64,000 nucleotides of DNA from Laetmonice hystrix. Its lineage: Eukaryota. Location: assembly GCA_965235115.1 (NCBI GenBank), contig OZ249436.1:47990001-48054000 (forward strand). Direction: 5' to 3'. A program made the translations under genes and the position numbers. The notes under the pieces are model-generated. The model saw only the letters and a program-made list of their open reading frames with translations. It made no database searches and was not told the origin of the DNA. Positions 51,653-64,000 of the stretch are shown here, in pieces. Every line of letters begins with the position of its first letter. Within the stretch, counting starts at the first letter, position 1.

Positions 51653-51983
51653 AGCTGAGGCCACACTACCAGCTGCGGCTGTGGTGTAGCATTGCTCAAG
51701 CGATAGCCAAGCTTTGAGCTGTGAGGCGATGGTGGCCACACCAAAAGCGATAATCGCTGGCCGTCCATGCGCTTCCCTCTTGAGGTCGAGAGGTCAAATA
51801 TCGGGGCTCGAGCTGTGAGCGACGATATACTTTGAAAAGTCAAGAGTCGCTCATCGCTAGCACCGACCGCGCGGCCACAGGTCATGGTGTGGCCACCCAA
51901 ACAATAATTCATACAATGATTTTTGTCGCGCAGTTATAGCGTCGCTTACAGCCTAGCTCATAGCTTGTAGTGTGACCTCAGCC
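51653..51983. mobile_element. MITE, PIF/Harbinger-like
   Basis: GCTGAGGCCACACTAC ... GTAGTGTGACCTCAGC inverted repeat with TAA/TTA flanks. Confidence 0.7.
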
Positions 51984-52178
51984 TTAGGGGCTGGCATATC
52001 GAATAGAGCAGCTGGTGTACGGAAGTTAGGTCGTATAGGCCTATTATGATAAGATGCCGACAGATTTTGTTACCAGAGATTTCTTACATTATCGCGAGCA
52101 TTATTTTCGCCAACTATACCAGTTTTCTCTTGAAGATGTGTGTGGGTGTGTGTAGGTGTGGGGGGGGGGGGTATTATA

Positions 52179-52408
52179 CAGTATGACCCCCAAAAAATGA
52201 AAGTCTGTGTTCCATTGTCAAAAAGAGATACTGCTTTTGTGATCAGTAATGCGTGACCCTGTCAACATCAAACTTGCTGAGAGTTATCTAGGGGGATCAA
52301 ACTTTATGTTCAACTTCAAAATTCAAAATTCAAAATTCGACAATCCTCTAAAATATCTATATGCATTGCACACCTAAAGTTAGACTTTCATTTTTTTGGG
52401 ACATACTG
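52179..52408. mobile_element. Tc1/mariner-type MITE (TA TSD)
   Basis: TA|CAGTATGACCCCCAAAAAATGAAAGTCT ... AGACTTTCATTTTTTTGGGACATACTG|TA. Confidence 0.85.
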
Positions 52409-53031
52409 TAGAAGAGTAACGGACCGTTCGATTCGCACCGGCTCACCAACCTTTGCTAGCTCCCCTACTGGTTGGTCAATAACAAGTAATTCTTGTATTT
52501 GTAAGCCGTCCTCTAACTCCACAGGTCGTTAGAATAAAATGCTCGCCTAGATATTCAAGGTAATTGAAGTTGCTCTCACCCATCAAAAGGTGCGTGGCAC
52601 AGATGGATTTACATCCTTCCAGTACCAATATTCTCACTACCCCTCCCCAGTGCTCCGCAACTGGGTCATCAAAGGCTTTGGTATGTCCAGCAGCGACTGG
52701 GCATATACAAGAACTCTTGCCAGTGTTCGAAAAGAGTAGGGGATTGCATAGCGGTGGCAGGTTTCTTTCTCACTTTATCCTCATGAAATAGAAATAAAAT
52801 GAAATGAAATAAAATAGGTCCCTTGACTGAATTAAGTTCTGCTTTATAGGAGCGTGGGTGTGGAACCACCTGTGGTACAGCTAACACCCGAATAAAATCT
52901 AGGAGAATCGTAAAAATCGGGATGGTAAGAATCGTTTTAGTAGAGCATTCCTTTCTATTTCGACTTCAAAGGAGAAAGTGTTGCAGATTGGCTTGTTTAT
53001 TTCTCTCCCAGCGAAGTTCCTTGCCGATTGA

Positions 53032-53167
53032 ATCAGTGGGACCCCCTGCATGGAAAGGGTCGGATATCAGTGGGACCCCCTGCATGGAAAGGGTCGGATA
53101 TCAGTGGGACCCCCTGCATGAAAAGGGTCGGATATCAGTGGGACCCCCTGCATGGAAAGGGTCGGAT
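53032..53167. repeat. 34-bp minisatellite, 4 copies
   Basis: Unit ATCAGTGGGACCCCCTGCATGGAAAGGGTCGGAT. Confidence 0.93.
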
Positions 53168-55653
53168 GCTTCCATGCCTTTACAACTCCCTGCTCACGTC
53201 CTTTGTGCCATCCTTTCTTAGTACCCTACACAGCAGTCCATTTGGGGTTTGGTTTAAATTAGGTTATATCTTCAAAGTATGTTATTAGCTAGCACGCATG
53301 TTGTGTTGCATAAAAATGGCTTCTTCTTTTAAAGCAATCAGAGATTATCTTTCGTTTTAATGACTCCAAAGTGAAGACATGGGCTGTTAGGTTAGATAAG
53401 GCGTGAGACTACACAAATCATTAAGTGTATACCCACAGAAAGCTCATGAAATTCAACATTCCAGTTGCCTGTAGTCGCTATGAAGTGATCGCCTTATGGC
53501 TAGTTGTTGACAGAATTGTTGCCCTGGCATTGACTTGTGCAGCCAATGATATTCACTTGTATAGGAAATACGGATTTGGATTACACAGTGGGGTTGATTG
53601 ATGCCCCATCCTCCTGGGAAATAGTTCAATAATGAAAGCCTTATCCCAACAATGTGTAGTGTTGTATCTATAAGTGTAGTCTGTGGTCGGACTCCGGCCC
53701 GGTCGTCAGAGCGCCAGCGACCGCCAGCGACCCCAAGCGAGAGGACGGGAAGCCACTCACGCACCGTCGTGCGTGTGTCGTCCTCGAGTCTCAAGTTCGC
53801 CATATTGCCACATATTTGTAGCATTGACACAACTTTGTAAATGTTGTGTCATTACACATAAAGTTCATTTGATACTTTTCAACTGTAATTTGCCACTTGT
53901 GTTTTATATTTTGGACAAATCACTTGCGGATGTGCATTGGCGTATTAATTCTCGCCCGCTGCTGGCGTGAGTTGGACAGTATGAAGGGCTACATTCGATT
54001 CGGTAACACGAGTGACACGTGTCGCACTCGTCCAGATATAGAACGCCCAGTCCTCGGATCATGTATCTATGTCAGGAGTATACTCCCCAGATCCTCTAGG
54101 ATTGCTCGTGTCGGAGGAACGTGACGTCACTTTATGACGTCACGGCCATTTGGCAACTTGCGCCCTCGTGTCCAAGTGTATGGCAACGTGGGTAAGTTTG
54201 CAACTGCACATGCTCCGTGACCTACCCTCTCAGCCCGAGTCTTACCAAAGGAATGCAACCAAGGAGTTTGGTTAAACAACAACCGAACTTCCGGCGAGGG
54301 AGCCGGCTTCTCGTTAGGCTGACTATCCTGATCTCCGGTGAAACGGTGTGGCAGATGGCACCAATTAAATCCTAGAACCGCCACCTGTAGAATAAAGGCT
54401 GGGCTGATCAAGCAGGTTTTTGGTATTTCATAGAACTTCTGCTGTTTTCATAAAGAGATCCTTCATTAAAATTGCTTGGTAAACAAAGACAGACTTATCA
54501 GTTACATTTTGCGTGAGAAATCGAAGTTTATTAAGCTCCCTTGCCTGCTTCTCTGCCGATTTCGTAAAATATTTTTTGGGTGGCATTCTGATGCCGGGCG
54601 ATCGAGTGCCACTGCTGAATTGTTTACAACTAAGCAAAGCACGTGACTAAGCACATGCAGAGAGTGCACACACAGGATGTGACACAGTATGCAATTACAC
54701 GGGTTGATGGGAGGTTGTCCGCCAAATTATGGCGGGAGATGTGCTATCGGGAGAAATCTATAGGTTTGGTCGTATAGAACCTACTTGTGCTGCATACGCA
54801 GCGAAAACACGTCGGAGGACAAAATGCTGTGGTAGGATTATTTACTTGGATCCCTAGTACACGGTCATGTTGGATAATTGCCGGAAATCCTCAAAAACGT
54901 GTTTCATAGTATGCCCCTTTAAAATAATTTGTGTTACAGGTATCCACAGAGTCCACGTTGGCAGGTATAAGCGAATATACGAATCTGTTTGTATGATCGA
55001 TTCATTTAATTAGGGTAACAGCTCCATTTCACCCCTTCCGTATAATTACCCGGGAATGTGTCTATCCGCGATCGCATGTTTACAAATAAAGTCGATTTGA
55101 CAAACACCCCAACAGCCACCAGACGCTTAAAGAGTACAAAGCCCTCTGCAATCACTGAACAAAATGTACGTCTGTGGGCGCCAGAGGGAGCTCTGCTCAC
55201 TTAGCTCTACCAAGCTTCTCGCAAGGGAAACTGCAAGACGCAAACTGATAATCAATACTACAATACGCCATACATGTAGAATAGACTTTTAAAGCACCAA
55301 GGGATAATTGCTACAAAATAAAACACATTGAAAAGACAAAAGTGACTTTAGAGTTCTATTTTAAAATCAACGATGCAATCGTCATCATTATTGATGTAAT
55401 GAGGAAAAGTGATAGAATTTCCGTCGGCTTCTTTCAAAGGCATACAAAGGATCCGTTCAATATTACGGGGTGTCGTTACCTAAGGTGATGTCTGCAGGCA
55501 TGCAGTCCGTCCATTATGAGTCGGCCCCAATTCTACCTGATCGCACAGCACTTTTCTAAAAGACTAGGTCTGTTGGGAAATTGCATGAGACGCCCACAGT
55601 GTCCTGTAAATGGCCAGAAGCCAGTTGTCAGCCTCATGCAATCAGTGCAGGAC

Positions 55654-56000
55654 CTCTCACAAGTTACCAGCAGGTCTATACTCCATGAACAGCCTTGTAG
55701 ATCTCTCACTAGTTACCAGCAGGTCATATACTCCATGAACAGCCTTGTAGATCTCTCACGAGTTACCAGCAGGTCTGTACTCCATGAACAGCCTTGTAGA
55801 TCTCTCACTAGTTACCAGCAGGTCATATACTCCATGAACACCCTTGTAGATCTCTCACGAGTTACCAGCAGGTCATATACTCCATGAACAGCCTTGTAGA
55901 TCTCTCACGAGTTACCAGCAGGTCATATGCTCCATGAACAGCCTTGTAGATCTCTCACGAGTTACCAGCAGGTCATATGCTCCATGAACAGCCTTGTAGA
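55654..56000. repeat. 50-bp minisatellite, ~7 copies
   Basis: Unit AGTTACCAGCAGGTCATATACTCCATGAACAGCCTTGTAGATCTCTCACG. Confidence 0.95.
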
Positions 56001-58688
56001 CATGTAGAGAGAAGAATTATCAACTCTATGTCGTAGTCTATACGAGCTTCCAATATACACCAGGGACATAACACACATTCTGCTACCCATTCCATTCGCA
56101 AGGAATTACAGAATTATAAAATCTATATTCATATATTTTTGAACAATAGTACAACATATCTCTATATTTAATTAATAGATAAATCGTGAAGTAAAAATTA
56201 CACAACAATGTCGTCCATGATGGCAAACGGCAAAAACCATCTCCTACTTAGACCATTCAGAAAATTACTTGTTTACATTCTTTCATATACACAGGTTTTC
56301 TACCAAGTCTTCCCATACAGACTTACGATGTGCAAACGGCATAGTTACCGCTCGAATTACTTAATTATTGTAGGAATCTTTAAAAATATTCCTTCGGTGT
56401 CGTTCCATACTTTCGCGCCGCAAAGAACCCTCATCCCGTTACGTGTTTAGATATACTGTACATACAATAAGTGCTAAAAGACAACACTTTTTGTAATACT
56501 GTACATACAATAAGTGCTAAAAGACAACACTTGTTCAATCAGGCATGAATGGATTTATAATGAAAGCACGCCCCTTTAGGCAATTTCACTGCACCATGTC
56601 CTTTACCGAAATCTAATGGACGCATGCAGTGTTAGCGACCGGCTGGCTGTCTCAGAGAGTTAGCCCTGAGGCCAGCGTTGATTAGTTGGGAGCCCCAGCA
56701 TGCACCGCGTCGATAAGATTATATGTCACGCCAGTCTAAAACGTCGATTGAGCGACCTGGAAAAAAAATGTTCATGGCTTCCCTGTATCCGTATAATACA
56801 TAGTACATCCCTTCATCACCTGGCCCCTTCTAGCAATGAAAATACTTGCGCCGAGTATTCCCCACGCGCATTGACAGTAACTGTTTCCCCCTGGGGTAAA
56901 GTTAATTAAATCTGGATCGATGCCGATTACGTATTCAACGTGTTGGTTCAGAGTTAGGGTTCGTTCCTACGGGAACGCTCGGGTAGCAGGGTATACACGC
57001 TGTGCTCATAATCAGCTCAGCCAGATGTGGTGGTGGGGAACCAAGGAATAACGCCTCGGATTATACTACCGTGGCCGAAAAACACAAACCTCGCATGGTG
57101 GCGGATTTCTAGACTAGCAAACTTGTCCTTTTCTGCTGGGATTTCTCTTTCACGCTGGCCAAATTTCTTTACTGCGCTGTCATTTTCTAAAAAAAGGGGG
57201 AGGGGCACAATGAGGAGATCTTGTCAGACTGGAAGAGAAATTCCAACGGAGATGGGAAATCTGGCGAACGAGCGAAATGTGCAGCGTCGAAAAGAAATTC
57301 ACCGGCGTTTGTACTTTTCGGCCACCGTATATGCTCACTACATTCGGAGACTTTCTGTATCAGCGCCAGTTTCCTTCATCGTCTGTTTATAACCTAGGGC
57401 TGAAGACGTGCATCCTGGTAGGGGGGGCGACACGTTAACAATAGATATTATCTTTCATTTCAACTGCTGAGATTATACGAGGTTACTGTTTCACTTCTGT
57501 ATACAAAATAATCCCCAAGCAAACTGCGAGAATAAATCTTCAGTGGGTGGGAAATAGGACGAGATAGTGCTGCCTACCCATGCATATACATCAGAAATCT
57601 CCCTCTTATTTTGTACGCCGCTATGACAAGTATCTCATCTCAAGTTATTTCCTGACGTAGGATATTGGCGAAAGTGCTCCAGCAGTTCATTTCTCAGGTG
57701 GATAGTTTAGTAAGGAAAAGGGGAAAGCACTTCTACAAACACGGAACAGGGGACGGAGATGCCTGAAGGAAATACATTGTTCCCTATAATTTGTAATTTC
57801 TGATCCATCAGCGTATTCTGAAGTAAACGCTTGTAGCGCCCTCAAGTGTAAGAATTCCGCTAAATGTAAAAACGTCGCTTGACGTGAGTCCTATTACAAG
57901 TACCATTTACTTTCTAATAAAATAATAATGATTTAATTGAATGTCTGCTAGTCTATATATTGAGATAGTGGTTGTTCCTCTTACCTCGGCTCCCCATTAA
58001 AAATCCATGGGGAAACTGACGTTATAAAGGGTATACATTTACCACTAAATCTACATAATTACCGCTCTATGTAATTATAGGCACTCGTCTTGCAGGACGC
58101 AATTAGGATGGTCCCCCACTTGGCTGAATTGTCAAATTGCTCTGCCAATTGTCAAAATGTTTCAAGTGTGTTCTAGCGTGCGGGTGCCTTCCATTTATCA
58201 TCATCCCCCGGGCTTGAATAAATGAGAAAGACTTGTCCTTTTTCTGAAGAAGGCAGGCAGTTTCGGACAGGCCATAAAACACCACCACCACCACCTTCAC
58301 TTAAAGAACTTTACGTTAGTCATATCTTTAACTTAAAGAACTTAAAGATAGGAAACTTTATCTATGTGTTCTGTAAGATGACTCAACTGATGCATACGTC
58401 TGTTGACGACACCTTGGCGAATTGTACCTTTAAGTCATCCCGATGTCGGAGCACGCCCCCCACCATCCATCCTTCCACGTGAGCCAAGTCTCGCCCGTCT
58501 CTATAGAAACGGTACCTTATAGATATTTACAAGGCATCGACTTTTCTGCTTGCGAAAACACGCGGAAAATGTGCGGCTCTGCTCCCATGTAAATCGACCC
58601 TAATAGAGATTCGTTGGAATAAAAATGTGGTTTGTCAGATCGTCCTCCGTCTACGTTTAGCGCCGGGTTTTAGGTCACGGTCCGGTCG

Positions 58689-59415
58689 TCTCCCTGGGCC
58701 CCGCTAACCGAGCTCTTCCTGGGCCCCGCTAAATGAGCTCTCCCTGGGCCCCGCTAACCGAGCTCTTCCTGGGCCCCGCTAACCGAGCTCTCCCTGGGCC
58801 CCGCTAACCGAGCTCTTCCTGGGCCCCGCTAACCGAGCTCTCCCTGGACCCCGCTAAATGAGCTCTCCCTGGGCCCCGCTAACCGAGCTCTTCCTGGGCC
58901 CCGCTAACCGAGCTCTTCCTGGGCCCCGCTAAATGAGCTCTCCCTGGGCCCCGCTAACCGAGCTCTCCCTGGGCCCCGCTAACCGAGCTCTCCCTGGACC
59001 CCGCTAACCGAGCTCTTCCTGGGCCCCGCTAACCGAGCTCTTCCTGGGCCCCGCTAACCGAGCTCTCCCTGGGCCCCGCTAACCGAGCTCTCCCTGGGCC
59101 CCGCTAAATGAGCTCTCCCTGTGTGCGTTGCATAATAAGTCCCGCTCGTTAAATCCTCCGCAGACTGTCAGTTAACGGGATATTGCGTTGCATAATAAAT
59201 TTCCACCCACTACAATTCCCGTTAACTGTTGTTAAAAGGTCCCCGCTATTTTAACGGGACATTTTAATGGAGCGGGCGGGGATTTTTTTATGCAGCTCTC
59301 CCTGGGCCCTGCTAACCGAGCTCTCCCTGGGCCCTGCTAACCGAGCTCTCCCTGGACCCCGCTAACTGAGCTCTCCCTGGACCCCGCTAACTGAGCTCTC
59401 CCTGGGCCCTGCTGG
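58689..59415. repeat. 25-bp GC-rich minisatellite interrupted by a MITE
   Basis: Unit CTGGGCCCCGCTAACCGAGCTCT(C/T)C. Confidence 0.95.
59122..59300. mobile_element. Short Harbinger-like MITE related to the 36756-38906 element, inserted in the 25-bp minisatellite
   Basis: GTTGCATAA..TTATGCA ends and TAACGGG/CCCGTTA motifs; it interrupts the array at a CTG. Confidence 0.6.
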
Positions 59416-62237
59416 TGAGTGCTCCATGTATGGCCCTGCTGACTGAGGACTCGCTCAACCCTGCTGACTGAGGACTGACTGAATCCCACCCCTGACCTTT
59501 CCATTATACAAGTCGAGGAAAATGGAACTGTTTGAATACTGTTTGGTGAAATCAGATAGAGGAATCGGGTTACTGTCAGACTTGGAACTCATTCCCAATA
59601 AACCACAAGTCCAACTACAAGGAGGCTTTCCATGACGTGCGCACTGTATGAGAGACCAACATTTCGACCAGAGACCGGAGGCTTTCGGTTAAATCCATGT
59701 ACAAGGCATTGGTGCTTCAATAATGGACTCCAATGATGGTTTTCTTATATCGTACGCCATTCGTGCCTCGCTGAGTGCCTTGACTAGTGTCTAGATCATT
59801 ATAGCAAGATGAACTTGATTGGCATGTTGATCTATTCATTATTGGCGGGAGGTGGAGAGGGGGGGGGGGGGGTCTGAAAGTTACTGGTTTCATTAAAATC
59901 CTTGTATGATTCCATTTGACCGGCGCCGGCCCCTGCTTATCAACGGGAACGAACACTGAGGGTCGTGTATTATACGGAAACAACAACAACCACGGAACCT
60001 ACTGATTGTGAGGAAATCCTTCGGGTACACCGAAGGAGTTTGACACTACGGTTGTCCAAAACTACAAATTTCCGCACTGTGCTAGGAATTCTCTTCTACG
60101 CTGACCAGATTTATTTGTTTCTTTATTTACTTATTTACCTACTTATTTACTTATTTATTTATTTTAGCACTACGATGTCATCTAGCTAATAACCAGGAAT
60201 GCGTCAAGTGAGAAGAGAAAGCCCAGCGCATGAGAGAATTATACTTTTCGGCCACCGTCCGATTCCCCAACCCTAGCGGGTCCTCTTAGAACTATAGACA
60301 TGGCTAGTTTGTCCCGTCTTTGATCTTTTTTCCAGTGAATTATGTGTAGAAGAGAGCATATACATACTATATACATCAGGTGCTCACCTTATTAGAAAGG
60401 GCATTATAAAGTCTCTTTAGTAAACAATTTCTCTAGAAAGATTCCATTACCGCCTCATGTGTATAGGAATCATTTTTTTCCTATTTAGTCAACTTGACGC
60501 GCCCACACAGAGTAATTTTTACGTCTTGCTTCGCTTCGAGGAAGCTACGTAGGGCCGACAGGTGAGACGCTGTCACGAAACCCGTGTCTCGTACTAACTG
60601 GGCCTTCTTCAACCATCAGGCAAAATCCCGTAAGTAAATGACAATCATCTTGGAATTAAGTGGCGGCCGCCAACATATCATGTGGCGACCGCCAGATAGA
60701 ATTTGTTCACTCTGACATAAAATCCTGGCACTCGAGTCCACGGCACTTACAGGCTTCCGTATAAACCACTGCCAGAAGTACATTTCATCCGACATTATCC
60801 CCCGGACTCCTCGCATGTGTGCTTCCTGCGTGACATGTTGCACCCTGGCTGGCCTTCCTATACCAAATCTCATGGAGGTACCTTCCAGTCCATTTCGACA
60901 TTCGCCTAGTCCATGATACTGAATGTTCCCCACAGACCTGGGATAGAAGAAACCCTCTGGCCTTCTTGGCTCCCTGGCAGAGTAACAAATGGGATGTATG
61001 TCTAAACCGATTTTTTTGCTTCCATTTCTATCAAGATTAAGTACCATCGAACAGCTCTCTTACGTCAGGGCATGTCGGTTTGCGAGACTGAGCGAGAGCT
61101 CAGTGCATGATGTTGGTGGCTTGAAGAGCTATCCTCCGACCGAGACATGAACATGGAATTACTGGGTAAAACATATGTAAAATATGACGATCTGGAGTAA
61201 ATCTCCTGTAGTTAAATTTGCAAGAACATTTGAGGGTGATGTGGTATCACCAGCAAAGGCCGGTAAATGGAAGACTAATGTTACATAGAGCTGTCGGATA
61301 AAAAAATGTATGTAACTTTACGTATTACATACCGAGAACAGCTTCTGAAGGGGATGGACGATAGGTTGCAGACCACATGAACTATTAGTATCCACTACAT
61401 GGTAATGAGCCACTAGATGGCGCTGCACACAACCCGAGGATTCCACTGAGAAACATGTAATGTACTTTGTGAATGTTATGTCCTGCATATATATGAAATG
61501 CTCAAAAATAAATCAATAAAAAATAAAATAAATAAATAAAATAAATAAAACATAATTACATGATTGCGGAATACCGCGTGCAGCCCGCCCACTAAGTGAA
61601 ATACAACTGTTATAGAGCGGACGAAGAGCCTATGTACAAGTTTGTGGGTAGTCGTCATCGTAATGTACTATAATTATAATTATAATTCTTGGCATGACCA
61701 AGCGGGAAAGGTTTCGAATGAAAAGAGTATTTCTAATGGTACAGATTCAATTTTCTTTTTTCTAAAATCGGTGAGGCGACATGTAAAATCTTTCCTAATA
61801 AGCGATACCCCCTTCTATGTCATTGATGTAATAATACATGTCGTGGGAACAAGAAAGCGACATTATTTTTTTGCAATTTCTTGCTTGAAAGATCTTAACG
61901 TGTCTTTTCATAAGGACATTTAGTGTGTGTGTGTGTTTGGGGGGGGGGGGGGGGTTAATGTATAAGTATGCTTCTGGCGTGAGACTGGGGTCGACCATCG
62001 TGTCTTGAAAATAGAATCCTATATCCAATCAATGATATTACCACGGTCAAACAAACGACCTTGACGAGAACCGTCCTTCTATCGTAGAGAAAACCAATCC
62101 CATGTCTTAAAATAATCTTCTGCAATCGATGTCGTTCCGAGGTAGAATTGATAAGAAGTATGGAGGGGATTTGAATATCTATCAGCCTTTTCACGTTACA
62201 GGCTGCTAGAGTTATAATATATGATCCACAACACTAC

Positions 62238-62995
62238 AGCATGACGCTTCGCTCAGCCCACAACTGCATGACGCTTCGCTCAGCCCACAACTGCATGACG
62301 CTTCGTTCAGCCCACAAGTGCATGACGCTTCGTTCATCCCACAACTGCATGACGCTTCGCTCAGCCCACAACTGCATGACGCTTCGCTCAGCCCACAACT
62401 GCATGACGATTCGTTCATCCTACAACTGCATGACGCTTCGCTCAGCCCACAACTGCATGACGCTTCGTTCAGCCCACAAGTGCATGACGCTTCGTTCATC
62501 CCACAACTGCATGACGCTTCGCTCAGCCCACAACTGCATGACGCTTCGCTCAGCCCACAACTGCATGACGATTCGTTCATCCTACAACTGCATGACGCTT
62601 CGCTCAGCCCACAACTGTATGACACTTCGCTCAGCCCACAACTGCATGACGCTTCGCTCAGCCCACAACTGCATGACGCTTCGTTAAGCCCACAACTGCA
62701 TGACGCTTCGCTCAGCCCACAACTGCATGGCGCTTCGTTCATCCCACAACTGCATGACGCTTCGTTCATCCCACAACTGTATGACGCTTCGCTCAGCCCA
62801 CAACTGTATGACGCTTCGCTCAGCCCACAACTGCATGACGCTTCGCTCAGCCCACAACTACATGACGCTTCGCTCAGCCCACAACTGCATGACGCTTCGC
62901 TCAGCCCACAACTGCATGACGCTTCGTTAAGCCCACAACTGCATGACGCTTCGCTCAGCCCACAACTGCATGACGCTTCGTTTAGCCCACAACTG
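62238..62995. repeat. 27-bp minisatellite, ~28 copies
   Basis: Unit GCATGACGCTTCGCTCAGCCCACAACT. Confidence 0.97.
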
Positions 62996-63203
62996 GAGGG
63001 ACCCTCACCCACCCCCTCCAAACAACAAATCCCCAGGAAAAGTCCCAGCACATTCGATCTTTGCAGATTTATATCAACTTTCTCACTGAAAATGGGGAGC
63101 TGCACTGGTGAAATACAAAAGAAGGGACCATAGCAAAAACCCGAGGAGATGCGGTCTTAAATCGATGACCCTTGCCACCATGGACTGCCCACCCCTCAAA
63201 CAG

Positions 63204-63291
63204 ACACTGGACACAGGGCAAAGGGCACTCCGACACTGGACACAGGGCAAAGGGCACTCCAACACTGGACACAGGGCAAAGGGCACTCCAA
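63204..63291. repeat. 29-bp tandem repeat, 3 copies
   Basis: Unit ACACTGGACACAGGGCAAAGGGCACTCC(G/A). Confidence 0.9.
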
Positions 63292-64000
63292 TTCAATAAA
63301 TTAAAGTTGCAGTGCCACCTTTTCTCAGTTCCTTTGCTGGTGAGACGACTGGCGTCGATCTAAGGATTTGGACTTCTTGCTGACACCAACAATCTAAAAA
63401 ATAGAAGCTCGAACGGGCAGAGGCTTGTATTAGGAGACTGGGGCTGGTAGTTCCATGGGTTGGTTGTCACATTGCATTCTTTGAAGTTCCTTTACTAGCC
63501 ACAAGGGGCTTCGCCCTTGCGGTAGACTGTCATACTTCAACAAACGTCGTTTCCGTTGTCAACACGTCTTGGGTAAAAAGTTGTGTCATCTTTTATATTT
63601 TTTACCAGAGTCAGTAAGTTTGAGTATTGTACTAATATTGTAATTGGAAGTACAATGCTACAGATAGATACGAAGTAAATAACCTATTGTATAAAGTCAT
63701 ATGCGTGCTGCATAAGGGTATATAACTTAAAGGGAGGATAAACACACGCGGCAAATAAGGTTCCGTAGACCAAATGGAACACCAGCATTTACCTCATGGC
63801 AATAAATGCCACAATTACGTTGTCTGAATGAAGTAATTAACGCGTGACTCTGACCAGCGGCGTCACACGTCACGTCTGTATATAAGTCACCATGGCAGCA
63901 TAGTTGTCCTATACATAGACTGGTAAATGTAACAAAGTCTGCTGGGGCTGATTGTCACGTTAGACGTGGGGTAAGTTGTCACATGTGACAACCAACCTCA

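Noticed and set aside
52669..52920. VLAVPQ|GT as the missing TM4 exon of the receptor
   Set aside because: There is no TM3/TM4 sequence (no DR motif, no Trp) upstream, the donor is weak, and the site lies in a SINE-like repeat.
60616..61047. 143-aa ORF, with Cys-rich snippets in other frames
   Set aside because: No recognisable domain and the alternative frames contain stops; at most a decayed element that I cannot classify.
5047..62995. CRISPR-like appearance of the regular arrays
   Set aside because: Units are head-to-tail with no unique spacers, there are no cas genes, and the context is eukaryotic with spliceosomal introns.

Overview
Eukaryotic (animal, probably a lophotrochozoan invertebrate; taxon is inference) genomic DNA, with no prokaryotic features. 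The only well-supported host gene is the 3' half of a corazonin-type (GnRH-receptor-superfamily) GPCR on the minus strand. Its exons are 46313-46106, 35524-35248, 27945-27818 (or 27735) and probably 26981-26920, joined by phase-compatible GT-AG introns; the TM1-TM4 exons were not found and presumably lie beyond 64000. The rest is intronic or intergenic DNA. It holds about 20 unrelated minisatellites (roughly a fifth of the window), many non-autonomous DNA transposons with recognisable TIRs and TSDs (Kolobok-, PIF/Harbinger-, Tc1-, CACTA-, Ginger- and Academ-like, several nested), two decayed Tc1/mariner transposases, a decayed CR1 LINE and two RecQ-helicase fragments. Nearly all long ORFs in the supplied track are repeat artefacts. 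The most interesting candidates are: (1) a TATA-preceded, signal-peptide-encoding small gene or pseudogene nested in the receptor intron at ~49.5-50.15 kb; (2) a terminal receptor exon that gives a PDZ-type C-terminus in two different frames; (3) a minisatellite apparently built from an Academ-type terminal hairpin, next to a 58-bp minimal element with a 9-bp TSD.
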